From contig CAWEHW010000001.1 in NCBI GenBank assembly GCA_963809045.1, forward strand, positions 473,141-537,140: 64,000 nucleotides of DNA, given 5' to 3'. Each line of letters begins with the position of its first letter. Position 1 is the stretch's first letter. Source of the stretch: an uncultured Chloroflexia bacterium. Its GTDB lineage: Bacteria > Chloroflexota > Limnocylindria > Limnocylindrales > CSP1-4. Positions 1-10,075 of this stretch are shown one piece after another. Below the pieces are notes generated by a model. The model was not told the origin of the DNA. It saw nothing but the letters and a program-made list of their open reading frames with translations, and made no database searches. A program made the position numbers and the translations under genes.

Positions 1-168
1 CTGTTCGAGCTCCGCCGCCATTCCGGTACCCAGTTCGACCCCGAGCTCGTCGACGTCTTCATCCGCCTGTTCTCCGCCAAGCCACCGGTCGCCGATCACC
101 GCCTGGTGGGACGGGCCGTCGAGCGTGGAGCCCGCCCTCGTGTCGCGACGCGCCGCGTGTCGGCCTAG
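1..168 (+). CDS. C-terminal fragment of an HD/HD-GYP-type domain protein (5' end lies outside the window)
   Basis: Frame-1 ORF open from position 1, reading ...GTQFDPELVDVFIRLF..., and ending at TAG 166-168. The QFDP-ElV-F motif resembles the HD-GYP C-terminus. Fragment only. Confidence 0.35.
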   Translation: MFELRRHSGTQFDPELVDVFIRLFSAKPPVADHRLVGRAVERGARPRVATRRVSA

Positions 169-201
169 ACGTCCTGCGGCAGATCGCGGCATGATGGCCG
201 C

Positions 202-660
202 GTGATCGATGCCCGGTTCGGCCACGTCAACATCATCGCCCTCGACTGGCGCCGTCTGGCCGATTTCTACGAACGTGTACTCGGGTGCGTCCCGGTGCCG
301 CCGGAGCGCAACCTTCGCGGTCCGGAGGTCTCGGCGGCCGTCGGTGTGCCAAACGCCGCGTTCCAGGGCGCGCACCTCCGCCTGCCCGGTGGCGGCCCAA
401 CCGGCCCCACCCTCGAGATCTTCGAGTACGCGCCCTCGCTCGCAGGCCAGCCTCCCCTCGCCAATCGCCCGGGCTTCGGGCACGTCGCATTCGCCGTTCC
501 CGACGTGCCGGCAGCGCTAGAGGCGTTCGTCGCCAACGGCGGCGGGACCGTGGGGGACGTGATCACGACTCATACGAGCGACGGCCGCGCGGTGACCTGG
601 GTCTACGCCACCGATCCCGAGGGCAACATCGTCGAGCTGCAGGCCTGGTCGAGCGGCTGA
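202..660 (+). CDS. VOC/glyoxalase-bleomycin resistance family protein
   Basis: 152-aa ORF. The GHVNIIALD...FGHVAFAVPD...GNIVEL pattern is typical of the vicinal-oxygen-chelate fold. Confidence 0.75.
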   Translation: MIDARFGHVNIIALDWRRLADFYERVLGCVPVPPERNLRGPEVSAAVGVPNAAFQGAHLRLPGGGPTGPTLEIFEYAPSLAGQPPLANRPGFGHVAFAVPDVPAALEAFVANGGGTVGDVITTHTSDGRAVTWVYATDPEGNIVELQAWSSG

Positions 661-751
661 TCGGCAAACGAAACGCCGCCCGGTTGGGCGACGCCTTCGT
701 GCGCGTGGTTCGGCGCTGGAGCGGCGATGCCGCGTCTCACATCCACACCGG

Positions 752-1579
752 GTGGCCCTCTTCGCGAGTTTGCCCGGGAGGACGTACAGTCCCGCGATGG
801 ACCCCATCGACCCGCCCTTGCCGGACTCGTTGACGCCGCATTCCACGTTCAACCGCGCCGCGTGGAACGACTACTCGGACGAGTACCAACAGAAGCACGG
901 TCCGCAACTGGCCGCGAGCAGCGGCCTCGCGTGGGGCACATGGCAGATCCCCGAAGCCGAGCTGCAGGTCCTGGGCGACGTCCGTGGCAAGGACATCCTC
1001 GAATTCGGCTGTGGCGCCGCGCAGTGGTCGATCGCCCTGGCGAAGGCGGGTGCCCGGCCGGTTGGCCTCGACCTCTCCGATCGGCAGCTGGAGCACGCTC
1101 GGACGCTCATGGCGGAGGCTGGGGTGACATTCCCGCTGGTCCACGCGAGCGCGGAAGACGTTCCGCTACCGGACGCCAGCTTCGACATCGTGTTCTGCGA
1201 CCACGGTGCGATGACCTTCGCCGATCCGTACCGAACGGTCCCGGAGGCTTCGCGCCTCCTCCGCCCGGGCGGGCTGTTCGCCTTCAACCACGGGTCCCCG
1301 ATCAAGTCGATCGCCTGGGCGGCGGACGAGGAGCATGCCGGCGACCGGCTCGTCTACGACTACTTCGGGATGCACCGGTTCGACTACGGCGATTCGATCG
1401 ACTTCAACCTGCCGTATGGCGAATGGATCCGTCTCTTCCGCGCCAACGGGTTCGTGATCGAGGACTTGATCGAGCCGCGACCCGAAGCCGATGCGACGAG
1501 CACCTATCGAGACGAGATCGATCGCGAATGGGAGCGTCGCTGGCCGGCAGAATCAATCTGGCGATTGCGCCGGAGCTGA
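752..1579 (+). CDS. class I SAM-dependent methyltransferase
   Basis: Motif I DILEFGCGAAQWS and motif post-I VGLDLSDRQL, then LLRPGGLFAF. The start may instead be the internal Met at ~797. Confidence 0.8.
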   Translation: MALFASLPGRTYSPAMDPIDPPLPDSLTPHSTFNRAAWNDYSDEYQQKHGPQLAASSGLAWGTWQIPEAELQVLGDVRGKDILEFGCGAAQWSIALAKAGARPVGLDLSDRQLEHARTLMAEAGVTFPLVHASAEDVPLPDASFDIVFCDHGAMTFADPYRTVPEASRLLRPGGLFAFNHGSPIKSIAWAADEEHAGDRLVYDYFGMHRFDYGDSIDFNLPYGEWIRLFRANGFVIEDLIEPRPEADATSTYRDEIDREWERRWPAESIWRLRRS

Positions 1580-1618
1580 CGCTCAGCGGCTCAATCGCCA
1601 GAGGTATCGCTTCACGGG

Positions 1619-1858
1619 TTACTCCGCGTGAGCGAAAGTCCGTCCCAGGTCGTCGGCGACTCGGCTGTCGAGCCGTCGGACGGCGTGCGCTGCACCGCGA
1701 CTGACCGCGGCCAGGCCGGATGCCGCCAGGCGGCGGACGGCGGACCGTCGCACCGGCGCTGCGCCACGGATCGACGCGGCGAGCCAGTGGCGCTCGGCCT
1801 CGAGCGATCGCTCACGCGCGATGTCGAGGGCAATCAGTGAATAGAAGTTGGCGTTCAT
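1619..1858 (-). CDS. hypothetical small protein (79 aa)
   Basis: Minus-strand ORF MNANFYSLIALDIARERSLEAERHW... with an AGGAGA Shine-Dalgarno 8 nt upstream. It sits directly downstream of a 38-aa membrane peptide gene. Confidence 0.4.
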   Translation of the reverse strand: MNANFYSLIALDIARERSLEAERHWLAASIRGAAPVRRSAVRRLAASGLAAVSRGAAHAVRRLDSRVADDLGRTFAHAE

Positions 1859-1901
1859 GGGATTGATCTCCTGAGGGTGGCTGGATCGGTTGCCGCCGGG
1901 A

Positions 1902-2018
1902 TCAGCGGGCGTGGTCGTCGCGATACGTTTCGCGACTGTCGGCACCCCAGGTGAGCGATGCCCCGCCGAGGACGACGAGACCGATCACCGAGATGAGGAA
2001 CAGCATCGTCGCTTCCAT
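1902..2018 (-). CDS. small hydrophobic membrane peptide (38 aa)
   Basis: ATG at 2018 is preceded by a strong AAGGAGA SD. Translation MEATMLFLISVIGLVVLGGASLTWGADSRETYRDDHAR has a single TM helix. Too short to appear in the ORF track. Confidence 0.4.
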   Translation of the reverse strand: MEATMLFLISVIGLVVLGGASLTWGADSRETYRDDHAR

Positions 2019-2104
2019 GGTCGGTCTCCTTGCTGCTAACCGGTTCCACCGTGTTTAATGGTTACACTGTACCTACTTGCGCGTAACCTGTCAAGCGTTG
2101 TAGA

Positions 2105-2773
2105 GTGGTTAGCACGATGTTGACAAACAACCCGATCGGCATTGATCTGAGCCACGCTCACGGCGTCGATCTGGAAGCGACCTTTGACTTCCTGAACACC
2201 AATGACACGGAGAATGGTTTCCCCGTCGAGAAGCTCCCCAGCCTCGACGAGGCGCTCGCCTGGTTCGTCAACCGCGGCGTGATCCACCGGGAGGGCGCGG
2301 ACCGCGCGCGCGCCAGGGTGGCGACGCAGCCCGTGGCCGCCGAAAAGGACCTCGATCACGTCCACACGGTGCGCGACGCGCTGCGCGAAGTGGCCGAGGC
2401 CATCGCCGACAAGCGGGCGCCACGGGCTGGTGCCCTGCAGACGGTGAACCGCGCGCTCCACGCCCGCCAGGTCATCGAGTTGATCCCCGCGCCGGATGGC
2501 GTCAGCGTTGACCACCGGCACATCGGCGATCCGATCGATGACGCCCTGGCGCGCCTCGCCGAGCCGCTGGTGACCGAGCTCACGGCCGGCCACCCGGAGC
2601 GCATCCGGGTATGCGCCAGCGACACCTGCCAGTGGGTCTTCTACGACGCGTCCCGCACGAGCCGTCGCCGATGGTGCGACATGGCAACCTGCGGGAACCG
2701 GGCCAAGGCGGCGCGCCATCGGGCCCGGGCACGCGAGGAGAGCGAGGCCGCGACGGGCACCGGCCCCAACTAG
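2105..2773 (+). CDS. ABATE/CGNR zinc-finger domain protein
   Basis: C-terminal CQWVFYDASRTSRRRWCDMATCGNRAKAARHRAR is the CGNR zinc-finger signature. A possible TAGAGT -10 element lies upstream. Confidence 0.8.
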   Translation: MVSTMLTNNPIGIDLSHAHGVDLEATFDFLNTNDTENGFPVEKLPSLDEALAWFVNRGVIHREGADRARARVATQPVAAEKDLDHVHTVRDALREVAEAIADKRAPRAGALQTVNRALHARQVIELIPAPDGVSVDHRHIGDPIDDALARLAEPLVTELTAGHPERIRVCASDTCQWVFYDASRTSRRRWCDMATCGNRAKAARHRARAREESEAATGTGPN

Positions 2774-2845
2774 ACGGGATTTGCCGGCCGGGCCGGCTCG
2801 CTGCCCCGTTTGCGTGACAAGGTGGCGCCGTCCTAGGGTAGGAAC

Positions 2846-3556
2846 ATGACGACCCCACCGATCATCCTGGTTCCTGGATTCTGGCTTGGCGCATGGGCAT
2901 GGGACGAGGTCGCCGCGGCGTTGCGTGCCGACGGCCACGACGTCACGGCGCTGACGTTGCCCGGTCTCGAGTCAGCCGACACGGACCGATCGACCGTCAG
3001 CCTGGCCGACCACGTCGACGCCATCGTGGATGCGGTTCGAGCGGCCGGCGCACCGGTCGTCCTGGCCGTGCACAGCGGGACCGGCTTCTCCGGCTATGCC
3101 GCGAGCGACCGTGTGCCGGATCGCATCGCGGCGATGGTCTATGTCGACTCGGCGCCGGGCAAGGGCGCCATGGACGCCGAGTTCGACGCCGACGACAGGC
3201 CGCTCAACTGGGCGGAGTTGTCTGCGGAGGAAAATCTCGATGGCCTGAGCGAGGAACAGCTCGCCACCTTTCGCGCCCGGGCAGTGCCGGAGCCTGGAGC
3301 CGTTTTCCGTGAGGGTGTCGAGCTGACCAATGACGCTCGTCGCGACATCCCGACGACGATGATCTGCACCGGCTTCTCCTCCGAGAAGTACAAGGAAGCG
3401 GTCAAGGATGGGTATGCGTGGCTAAGCGGCGTGCCCGAGCTGCGCGACATCACGTGGGTCGACCTGCCCACGAGTCACTGGCCGATGTGGTCACGCCCGG
3501 TGGAGCTCGCCGCGATCATCGGGGACGTCGCGAAGGCGCATAGCGCCCGGATCTGA
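2846..3556 (+). CDS. alpha/beta hydrolase fold protein
   Basis: PIILVPGFWLGAWAW...VLAVHSGTG nucleophile-elbow-like motif (HSGTG), ~235 aa. Confidence 0.75.
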   Translation: MTTPPIILVPGFWLGAWAWDEVAAALRADGHDVTALTLPGLESADTDRSTVSLADHVDAIVDAVRAAGAPVVLAVHSGTGFSGYAASDRVPDRIAAMVYVDSAPGKGAMDAEFDADDRPLNWAELSAEENLDGLSEEQLATFRARAVPEPGAVFREGVELTNDARRDIPTTMICTGFSSEKYKEAVKDGYAWLSGVPELRDITWVDLPTSHWPMWSRPVELAAIIGDVAKAHSARI

Positions 3557-3567
3557 ATCCGGCCTGG

Positions 3568-4737
3568 TCAGCGGGACCGGCGGGTGACGTCGAGGACGAT
3601 GGCTTCGACCGCTGCGCGGAATGCCGGATCCTCCCACTTGCCCGGCGGCTCGGGCGCGGTCGGCTTGAAGCGGCGGTCGACCGCCGACTGGATCCCGTTC
3701 CGGATCGGCGTGAACACGCTGGCCAGCGCCAGCGCGCTGATCACCGCGGCGGCGTCCGATGTATTCCCCGTGGCCGCGACGAACAACCGCTGCAGCAGCG
3801 CCACCATTCCGGCGTAGATTCCCGCGACGATGCCCACCAACGGCACGTAGACCAGCGTCCGGTTGATGAGGGTGTCGATCTCGTAGAGCCGATAGCGGAG
3901 CACCGCGATGACCACGGCCAGGGGTACGAGCCCGAGGGTCAGGAGCGAGAGCACCGCCGTCCATGACTCCCCCACAAGGAGGCCGATCGGGAGCACGATG
4001 GCCAACAGGACGCCCGCGCAAAGGAACCACTTGAGCTGGTGTCGGATCTCGGTCGACGACGCCAGGTAGCGCACGATGAGGGAAGCCACGGCGACAAGCG
4101 TTCCGGTGGCGAGCGCAATGTTCGTCACTGCCGCCCCGACGAATCGCAGGTTGGCCGGCAGGACACCGATCCCGAGTGGGTTGACGGCCGCGACGGTCTC
4201 CTCCAGCGGGCCGGGAGCAATCGCGGTGAGCACGGATCCGGCGGCGATGGCGACGACACCCAGCCTGAATGCCGATGTCCACCACCCAGGCAACGGCTTC
4301 CCGGTCGGGAACACCGAGGCCAGGCCCGGCCCGACCGAGAAGAGGGCTGGGCCGAACAGGACGGCCCCAGCGAGGAAGAACCAGCCGCCGATCGCCTCGT
4401 TGCCTTGGATGAGCAACACGCCTACGAGGTATCCGAGAAAGACGGCGCCGAGCGAGGGGCCGCCGACGAGCACCAGCCACCCGACGGAGTTACGCGACTG
4501 CTGGAGCAAGATGAGCAGTCCTGCGGTGGCGAACACGACCACGTCGACGGCAATCGTGACGAGGAACACCGCGAGGTCGACGGTTTCCTCGGCGGGGTCG
4601 GACGCGAATGTCTGCGGAAAGAGGACGAGAGCAAAGGCGAGCACGCCTGCCTCGACGACCGCGAGGGCCCACAGAATCCACGGCAATGCCCTGGACACGC
4701 GGGTGTGGGAAGGCAGCGCCACGGCCTCGCTCGACAT
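3568..4737 (-). CDS. polytopic integral membrane protein, function unknown
   Basis: 389-aa ORF with ~10 hydrophobic segments and a soluble C-terminal tail. No recognisable catalytic motif. Confidence 0.6.
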   Translation of the reverse strand: MSSEAVALPSHTRVSRALPWILWALAVVEAGVLAFALVLFPQTFASDPAEETVDLAVFLVTIAVDVVVFATAGLLILLQQSRNSVGWLVLVGGPSLGAVFLGYLVGVLLIQGNEAIGGWFFLAGAVLFGPALFSVGPGLASVFPTGKPLPGWWTSAFRLGVVAIAAGSVLTAIAPGPLEETVAAVNPLGIGVLPANLRFVGAAVTNIALATGTLVAVASLIVRYLASSTEIRHQLKWFLCAGVLLAIVLPIGLLVGESWTAVLSLLTLGLVPLAVVIAVLRYRLYEIDTLINRTLVYVPLVGIVAGIYAGMVALLQRLFVAATGNTSDAAAVISALALASVFTPIRNGIQSAVDRRFKPTAPEPPGKWEDPAFRAAVEAIVLDVTRRSR

Positions 4738-4761
4738 CGGTCTGCGGAGCGTAGCGGTCTG

Positions 4762-5148
4762 CTACCGGCTCGCGGAGCGGTGAGCGACCTGCGCGGCGAT
4801 CGCATCCATCACCCACGGCGCAGCGACGTCACCGGACCTTCGAACCTTGACGTGACGGGCGCGCTTCCCGGTGCCTTCGATCCTGCCGTGGGGGTTCGGA
4901 AGGTCGACGCCGTCAACGAGCTGCAGGTTGACGTGCGACTTGTGCGGGACGATCGCGAGGCAGAGATCGCGGATCGTTCTCCCGGAACCGAACCCCAGCA
5001 CGCCGTCGCTCGGGTCGAACCATTCGACGGCGTCCGGGAACGCCTCGAGAACGGCAAGGCGGAGGGCGCGTGCGATCTCGGCCACCTCTGGCGTCGAGCC
5101 CCCGAGGAAGCGGTCGAACGTGACGGCATCCTCGCTCGGTTCGGTCAC
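4762..5148 (-). CDS. DUF1801 (YdhG-like) domain protein
   Basis: C-terminal part of the over-long track ORF 4762..6204: ...AEIARALRLAVLEAFPDAVEWFD...LAIVPHKSHVNLQLVDG... matches the DUF1801/YdhG pattern. Proposed GTG start overlaps the leuS stop (GTGA). First of three paralogs in the window. Confidence 0.55.
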   Translation of the reverse strand: MTEPSEDAVTFDRFLGGSTPEVAEIARALRLAVLEAFPDAVEWFDPSDGVLGFGSGRTIRDLCLAIVPHKSHVNLQLVDGVDLPNPHGRIEGTGKRARHVKVRRSGDVAAPWVMDAIAAQVAHRSASR

Positions 5149-7749
5149 CGAACGACCAGGTTCACCAAGCGTCCGCCTCCGGCCACGACGACGCGGTCCG
5201 GCGTCCGCCCGTCGAGGATCGCCACGATCTTCTCGCGCGCCAGCACGGCGGATTCGATCTCCGCATCCGATGCGCCGGAGGGCACGACCACGCGATCCCG
5301 CAGCTTGCCGTTGACCTGGACCGGGATCTCGCGGGTCGCTTCGACGATGGCGCTCGGATCGAGCTCCGGCCAGCGCTGCGTGTGGATCGATGCCCATGCC
5401 TCGCTGCTCGCCACCAGCCGCCGGCTCCACAACTCCTCGCTGATGTGTGGCGCCGCGGGGGCGAGCATCAGGAGCAGCAGGCGGATCGCCTCGTCCCATT
5501 CCGCTCCGCCCGCGATCTCCGTTCCGCGGTACCGGAACAGCGTGTTGGACAGCTCCATCAGCTTGGCGATCATCGTGTTGAAGCGGAAGCCGTCGTAGTC
5601 CTCGGTCACATCGCGCAACGTCCGATGCGCCGCGGTGCGGATCGCCAGACGGGCATCTGGCGCCGACTCGCCGGCTGGCAGCGATCCCGCGGCGGGATCG
5701 CCTGGCTCGCGGCCGTGCGCATCCAGGACGAGCGTCCAGACCCGGGTCAGGAACCGATGGACTCCGCCAATGCCCGTCGGGCTCCACGGGCCACCCTGAT
5801 CCCAGGGACCCATGAACATCAGGAACAGGCGAACAGTGTCGGCGCCATACCGACGCACCAGCTCGTCGGGGTCCTGCACGTTGCCCCGCGACTTGCTCAT
5901 CCGCTCGCCATCGGCGCCCAGGATCTGGCCCTGGTTGAACATGCGCAGGAACGGCTCGCGGTGCTCGATCAGGCCGCTGTCGGCCATCGCCTTCGTGAAG
6001 AAGCGGCTGTACAGCAGGTGCATGACGGCGTGCTCGGCGCCACCGGTGTACTGCTCGACCGGCGTCCACTTCCGCGCCAACTCGGGGTCGATCGGGGCGA
6101 CCTCGTCCTCGGGCGACAGGTAGCGATACCAGTACCAGGACGAATCCATGAAGGTGTCCATCGTGTCCGTCTCGCGACGAGCTGGCTGTCCGCAGCGCGG
6201 GCATTCGACGCGCAGGAACGCTTCGTCGTGGTTCAGGGGGTTGTCACCGCTGCCGGCGTAGTCGACGGTCTCGGGTAGCAGGACGGGGAGCTGGTCATAG
6301 GGGACCGGCACGATGCCGTCGCGTTCGCAGTAGATGACCGGGATCGGGGTGCCCCAGTAGCGCTGGCGGCTGATCAACCAGTCCCGCAGGCGATAGGTGA
6401 CTTTTGGTTCCGCCCGCCCTTGAGCGGCCAGCGATTCGACGATGGCCTTGCCGCCCGCATCCGCGAGCATCCCGTCAAACCGATCGCTGTTGACCAGGCG
6501 CTCGTCAGCCGAGTGCGCCACGTAGGCGTCCGCCATCGGCGCATCCGCTTCGGTGCCGGGCGCGGCCACGACCCGGCGGATGGTCAGCCCAAAGTTGCGC
6601 GCGAATTCGAAGTCGCGCTCGTCGTGGGCCGGGACGGCCATGATCGCGCCCGTGCCGTAACCGGACAGGACGTAGTCCGCGATGAAGATCGGGATCCGCT
6701 CCCCGTTGACGGGATTGATGGCGTGTGCGCCAAGGGCGATGCCGGTCTTCGGTCGGTCGGTCGATAGCCGCTCGATCTCGGTCTCGCGGCGCGCCTGGCT
6801 CACGTAGGCATCGACGTCCGCCTGGCGGTCCGGATGGGTCAGCTTCGCGACCAACGCGTGCTCGGGCGCCAGGACCATGAAGGTCGCCCCGAACAACGTG
6901 TCGGGTCGCGTGGTGAACACGCGAATTCGATCGCCCTCGGGCTGACCGTCAGGTCCGTCGCCTGGCGCCTCGTCCTGGCGCGACGTCGAAGTCGATCTCG
7001 GCGCCTTCGGATCGGCCGATCCAGTTCGTCTGCATGATCCGGACGGGTTCTGGCCAATCGATGCCCGTGAAGTCGAGCAGCTCGTCGGCATACTTCGTCG
7101 TTCGCAGGAACCACTGCTCCAGGTCGCGCTTCTCGACGAGCGCGTGGCAGCGCCAGCAGCGTCGCTCCGTGCCCTCGACCTGTTCGCGGGCGAGCGTGCC
7201 GTCGTTGGGACACCAATCGACCGCGGACAGCGCCCGGTAGGCCAGCCCGGCTTCCAGGAACTTCAGGAACAGCCACTGGTTCCAGCGGTAGTAGCTGGGA
7301 TCGGCCGTGACGACCTCGTTGTCCCACGCGAACGTCGCGCCCATCGTCCGGAACTGCCGTCGCATCGTTTCGATGTTCGACATCGTCCAGGTAAACGGAT
7401 GGCCACCGTTCTTGATCGCGGCGTTCTCCGCCGGCAGCCCGAAGGCATCGAACCCGATCGGAAAGAACACGTTGTACCCGTGCATCCGGCGGTAGCGGGC
7501 CAGGGCGTCGCTCGGCGTGACGATGTACCAGTGGCCGATGTGCAGGTCGCCCGAGGGATACGGGTACATGGTCAGGAGGTAGTACTTGGGCTTCGAATCG
7601 TCGTCCAGGTTCGTGTCGTGCAGGCCGAGCTCCGCCCAGCGAGCCTGCCAGTGCGGCTCGATGGTCGTCGGGTCGTAGCGTTCGACCCTGGTTCGGCTCT
7701 GGGTGGTCTCGGTCACGATCGTCCTCGGAGACGGTTCACCCCCCGCCAC
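5145..7749 (-). CDS. leuS: leucine--tRNA ligase, with an apparent single-nucleotide frameshift near 6.96-6.99 kb
   Basis: N-terminal ORF (6949..7749) has the HIGH motif ([13 protein letters not shown]) and [14 protein letters not shown]-terminal ORF (5145..7091) has [15 protein letters not shown], the KMSKS motif and VVNLVV. The two overlap in different frames at 6949..7091. Confidence 0.85.
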
Positions 7750-7786
7750 GCCGGCGAGGGGTGAGGATTCGCGGTCTCGTCGCGGG

Positions 7787-7862
7787 TGGTGGAGCTACGG
7801 GGACTCGAACCCCGGACCCCCTGCATGCCATGCAGGTGCTCTTCCAGCTGAGCTATAGCCCC
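7787..7862 (-). tRNA. tRNA-Ala (anticodon GGC)
   Basis: Reverse complement GGGGCTATAGCTCAGCTGGAAGAGCACCTGCATGGCATGCAGGGGGTCCGGGGTTCGAGTCCCCGTAGCTCCACCA. Cloverleaf with G3:U70, anticodon loop AT-GGC-AT, encoded CCA. Confidence 0.9.
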
Positions 7863-7920
7863 ACGGAACGCGGAGTTTACCAGAGGGTCCGGCTCGGTCC
7901 GGCCGTGCGGCCCGTTGCGA

Positions 7921-9522
7921 CTACGGCGCCACAGTCAGTTGCACGTCGTAGGTCGCGCCGAACGTGTCGCCCTCTCGGCTGCCGTTGAGGGAGAGCCGCA
8001 CGATCCAGGCTCCGGGGTCGAGCTCGATCGGGACGACGAGGACGTTGCCGACGTCCTCCTGGAATGAGACGGCGTACTCCGGTGCGAACTGCCCGGCGGC
8101 GACAAGTGCGGCATCGACGGCGGTGACGCGCACCTCGTCGATCGCCCACCCCTCGGTCAGCTGAAATCGAAGCGGGATCGAGGGCGAACCCTCGAGCGGC
8201 TCGCGGCCCTCCATGAGCCCGTACCCGGCGGGGCATGCGTCGTCACCACTTGCCCCCGAGGTGAGGCGGTACGTCGTGCATCGAGCTTCTGCCCAGATCT
8301 CGAAGTACTCCGGTCCGATGGTCAGGCCTGGTGCGGCGAATCTCGACTCGACGCGGAAGACGGTTTCCGACCATCCCGGCGTACCGTCAGCCGTCAGGAA
8401 TGACGACCGAATTCGGAGTGCCCAACTGCCGACGGGTGGCGGATGGATCGCAACCACCTTGGTCCCGCTGCCCCGAACGATGGGCAAGTCCATCGGGGAC
8501 GCGCCAGCTTCGGGTTCGCCGGCCGCATCGATGCGGATTCCCTCCACGGTGGCATCGAGCAAGCAAGCGGCCGATGCGAATTCGAGGGGCTGCGTGCCTG
8601 GACGGACAACGATGGCACCCGGGCCGGCTAGCGCTGCTGCCCAGGAGCCGAGCGTGCCGAGGCGCCGGCCACCCCATTCGGATGCCGCGATCACGCCGTC
8701 GTACCGAATGGTGTCGTCAGACGCCACCGCGGCATCGACCGGTGGCGGGGCCGGCATCGCCGTTGTGTCGATCGGCGTGCAATCGGCGACCTCGACTACG
8801 AAAAAGGCCTCGGCCCAGGCGGTAGCGCCGGGGATCGTCGCGAAGTCCGCATGCACTCGAACGAACCAGTCGCCGGCAGGCGGCCTCGCCGGGAGCTGCA
8901 TCCCTCGACTTGGCCCGGTTGACATGCCAGGGATCCACGTCGTTTCGGTGTCCGGGTCCTGCAACGGACGGGCATCGACACGCATGCCAGTCAGGCACGT
9001 GTCCGGGTTGCCGGCCCGCACCTCGAGGCTCTCGACCGGGTGCCCGACCAGGAGCGATTCCATGCCGATCGTGTCGTGGTCCCAGGTCCCTTCCTCGCCG
9101 ACTTGCCGGTCCCCGAGGCGATACGCGCTTCGCTGACCGCCCACAGTCGCGGCGTTACCGGGGATCGTGCTCATGAGCAGGCTCGGAGCCTCGTTCACGG
9201 TGGAGGGATCAATGATCTCGCATGCTTCGCTCGCCGCCGAGGGAACAGGCGACATGGGCGATCCCGAGCCGGGGGCCGATGCCGACGACGAACCCGGACC
9301 GCCGTATGGCATCCGAAGCCATCCGCTCGAGGCCAGGAAAGTCGAGCCAAGGGCGATGGCGCCGATCCCCGCGGCGATGAGGCTGAACCGTCGGTTCCTC
9401 CGCTCTCGGCGCCGCATCGACAGACGCCGCTCGAGCTCCTCGGCTGTGATGGTGAGGGGCAGGGCGGCGCCCTCCCCGCGAAGCACGGCCCGGACGCGGT
9501 CCTCGACCTGATGGTCAGGCAT
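7921..9522 (-). CDS. putative anti-sigma factor (single-pass membrane protein with large extracytoplasmic domain)
   Basis: Overlaps the downstream end of the ECF sigma gene by 8 nt. Short cytoplasmic N-terminus, one TM (FSLIAAGIGAIALGSTFLA), ~460-aa periplasmic region. Confidence 0.55.
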   Translation of the reverse strand: MPDHQVEDRVRAVLRGEGAALPLTITAEELERRLSMRRRERRNRRFSLIAAGIGAIALGSTFLASSGWLRMPYGGPGSSSASAPGSGSPMSPVPSAASEACEIIDPSTVNEAPSLLMSTIPGNAATVGGQRSAYRLGDRQVGEEGTWDHDTIGMESLLVGHPVESLEVRAGNPDTCLTGMRVDARPLQDPDTETTWIPGMSTGPSRGMQLPARPPAGDWFVRVHADFATIPGATAWAEAFFVVEVADCTPIDTTAMPAPPPVDAAVASDDTIRYDGVIAASEWGGRRLGTLGSWAAALAGPGAIVVRPGTQPLEFASAACLLDATVEGIRIDAAGEPEAGASPMDLPIVRGSGTKVVAIHPPPVGSWALRIRSSFLTADGTPGWSETVFRVESRFAAPGLTIGPEYFEIWAEARCTTYRLTSGASGDDACPAGYGLMEGREPLEGSPSIPLRFQLTEGWAIDEVRVTAVDAALVAAGQFAPEYAVSFQEDVGNVLVVPIELDPGAWIVRLSLNGSREGDTFGATYDVQLTVAP

Positions 9523-10051
9523 GGTGCGCTTCCCCGAGACCGCCGCTCACCGGTTCGGCAAGGTGGGTGCGGAGACGATCGAGCGCGGTCTGGAGCTGCG
9601 CCTTGATCGTGTTCGGGCTCTTGCCCAGCGCAGCGGCGACCTCGTCGACCGATAGGTCCGCGTAGTAGCGCAACACGACCGCCGCGCGCATCTGGAGCGG
9701 CAGCTCGGCGACCCCGTCCAGGAGGGCGATGCGCGTCGACGAGTCCGAGGCGAGGTCTCCGGCGACGGCCGACTCGGGAGTCACGTCGAGCCGGATCAGC
9801 CGCGCGGACTTCCGCCGGCGGCCGAGCGAGTCGTTCGAAGCCACTCTCAGGAGCCAGGCACGGAGAGCACGCTCTTCGCGGATCTCACCGCCTCGTTCGA
9901 AGGCGGTCAGCAGCGTCTCGATCACGACGTCCTCGGCTTCAGCGCGGTCGCGCAAGATCAGGTAGGCGACGGCCTGCAGTTCGCGTCCGTACGTGGCTAG
10001 CAGGTCCGCCAGCGTCTCCGGGCGGCGCCTTCGCAGGGCCTCGACGGTCAT
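9515..10051 (-). CDS. RNA polymerase ECF (sigma-70 family) sigma factor
   Basis: Region 2 (...YLILRDRAEAEDVVIETLL...) and region 4 (LSVDEVAAALGKSPNTIKAQLQTALDRLR). 178 aa. Confidence 0.85.
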   Translation of the reverse strand: MTVEALRRRRPETLADLLATYGRELQAVAYLILRDRAEAEDVVIETLLTAFERGGEIREERALRAWLLRVASNDSLGRRRKSARLIRLDVTPESAVAGDLASDSSTRIALLDGVAELPLQMRAAVVLRYYADLSVDEVAAALGKSPNTIKAQLQTALDRLRTHLAEPVSGGLGEAHHA

Positions 10052-10075
10052 CGATGCTCCTTTCCAGGGGCGATC

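Noticed and set aside
2036-2938. 300-aa minus-strand ORF spanning the CGNR gene and its promoter region
   Set aside because: Opposite a well-supported CGNR zinc-finger gene, with Arg/Gly-rich composition and no SD. The real minus-strand genes here are the two small SD-bearing ORFs at 1619..2018.
7787-7920. tRNA-Ala genes as integration sites for a genomic island or prophage
   Set aside because: No integrase, excisionase, direct repeat of the tRNA 3' end, or compositional shift next to either tRNA. The flanks are leuS/ECF-sigma and DUF1801/methyltransferase housekeeping-type genes.
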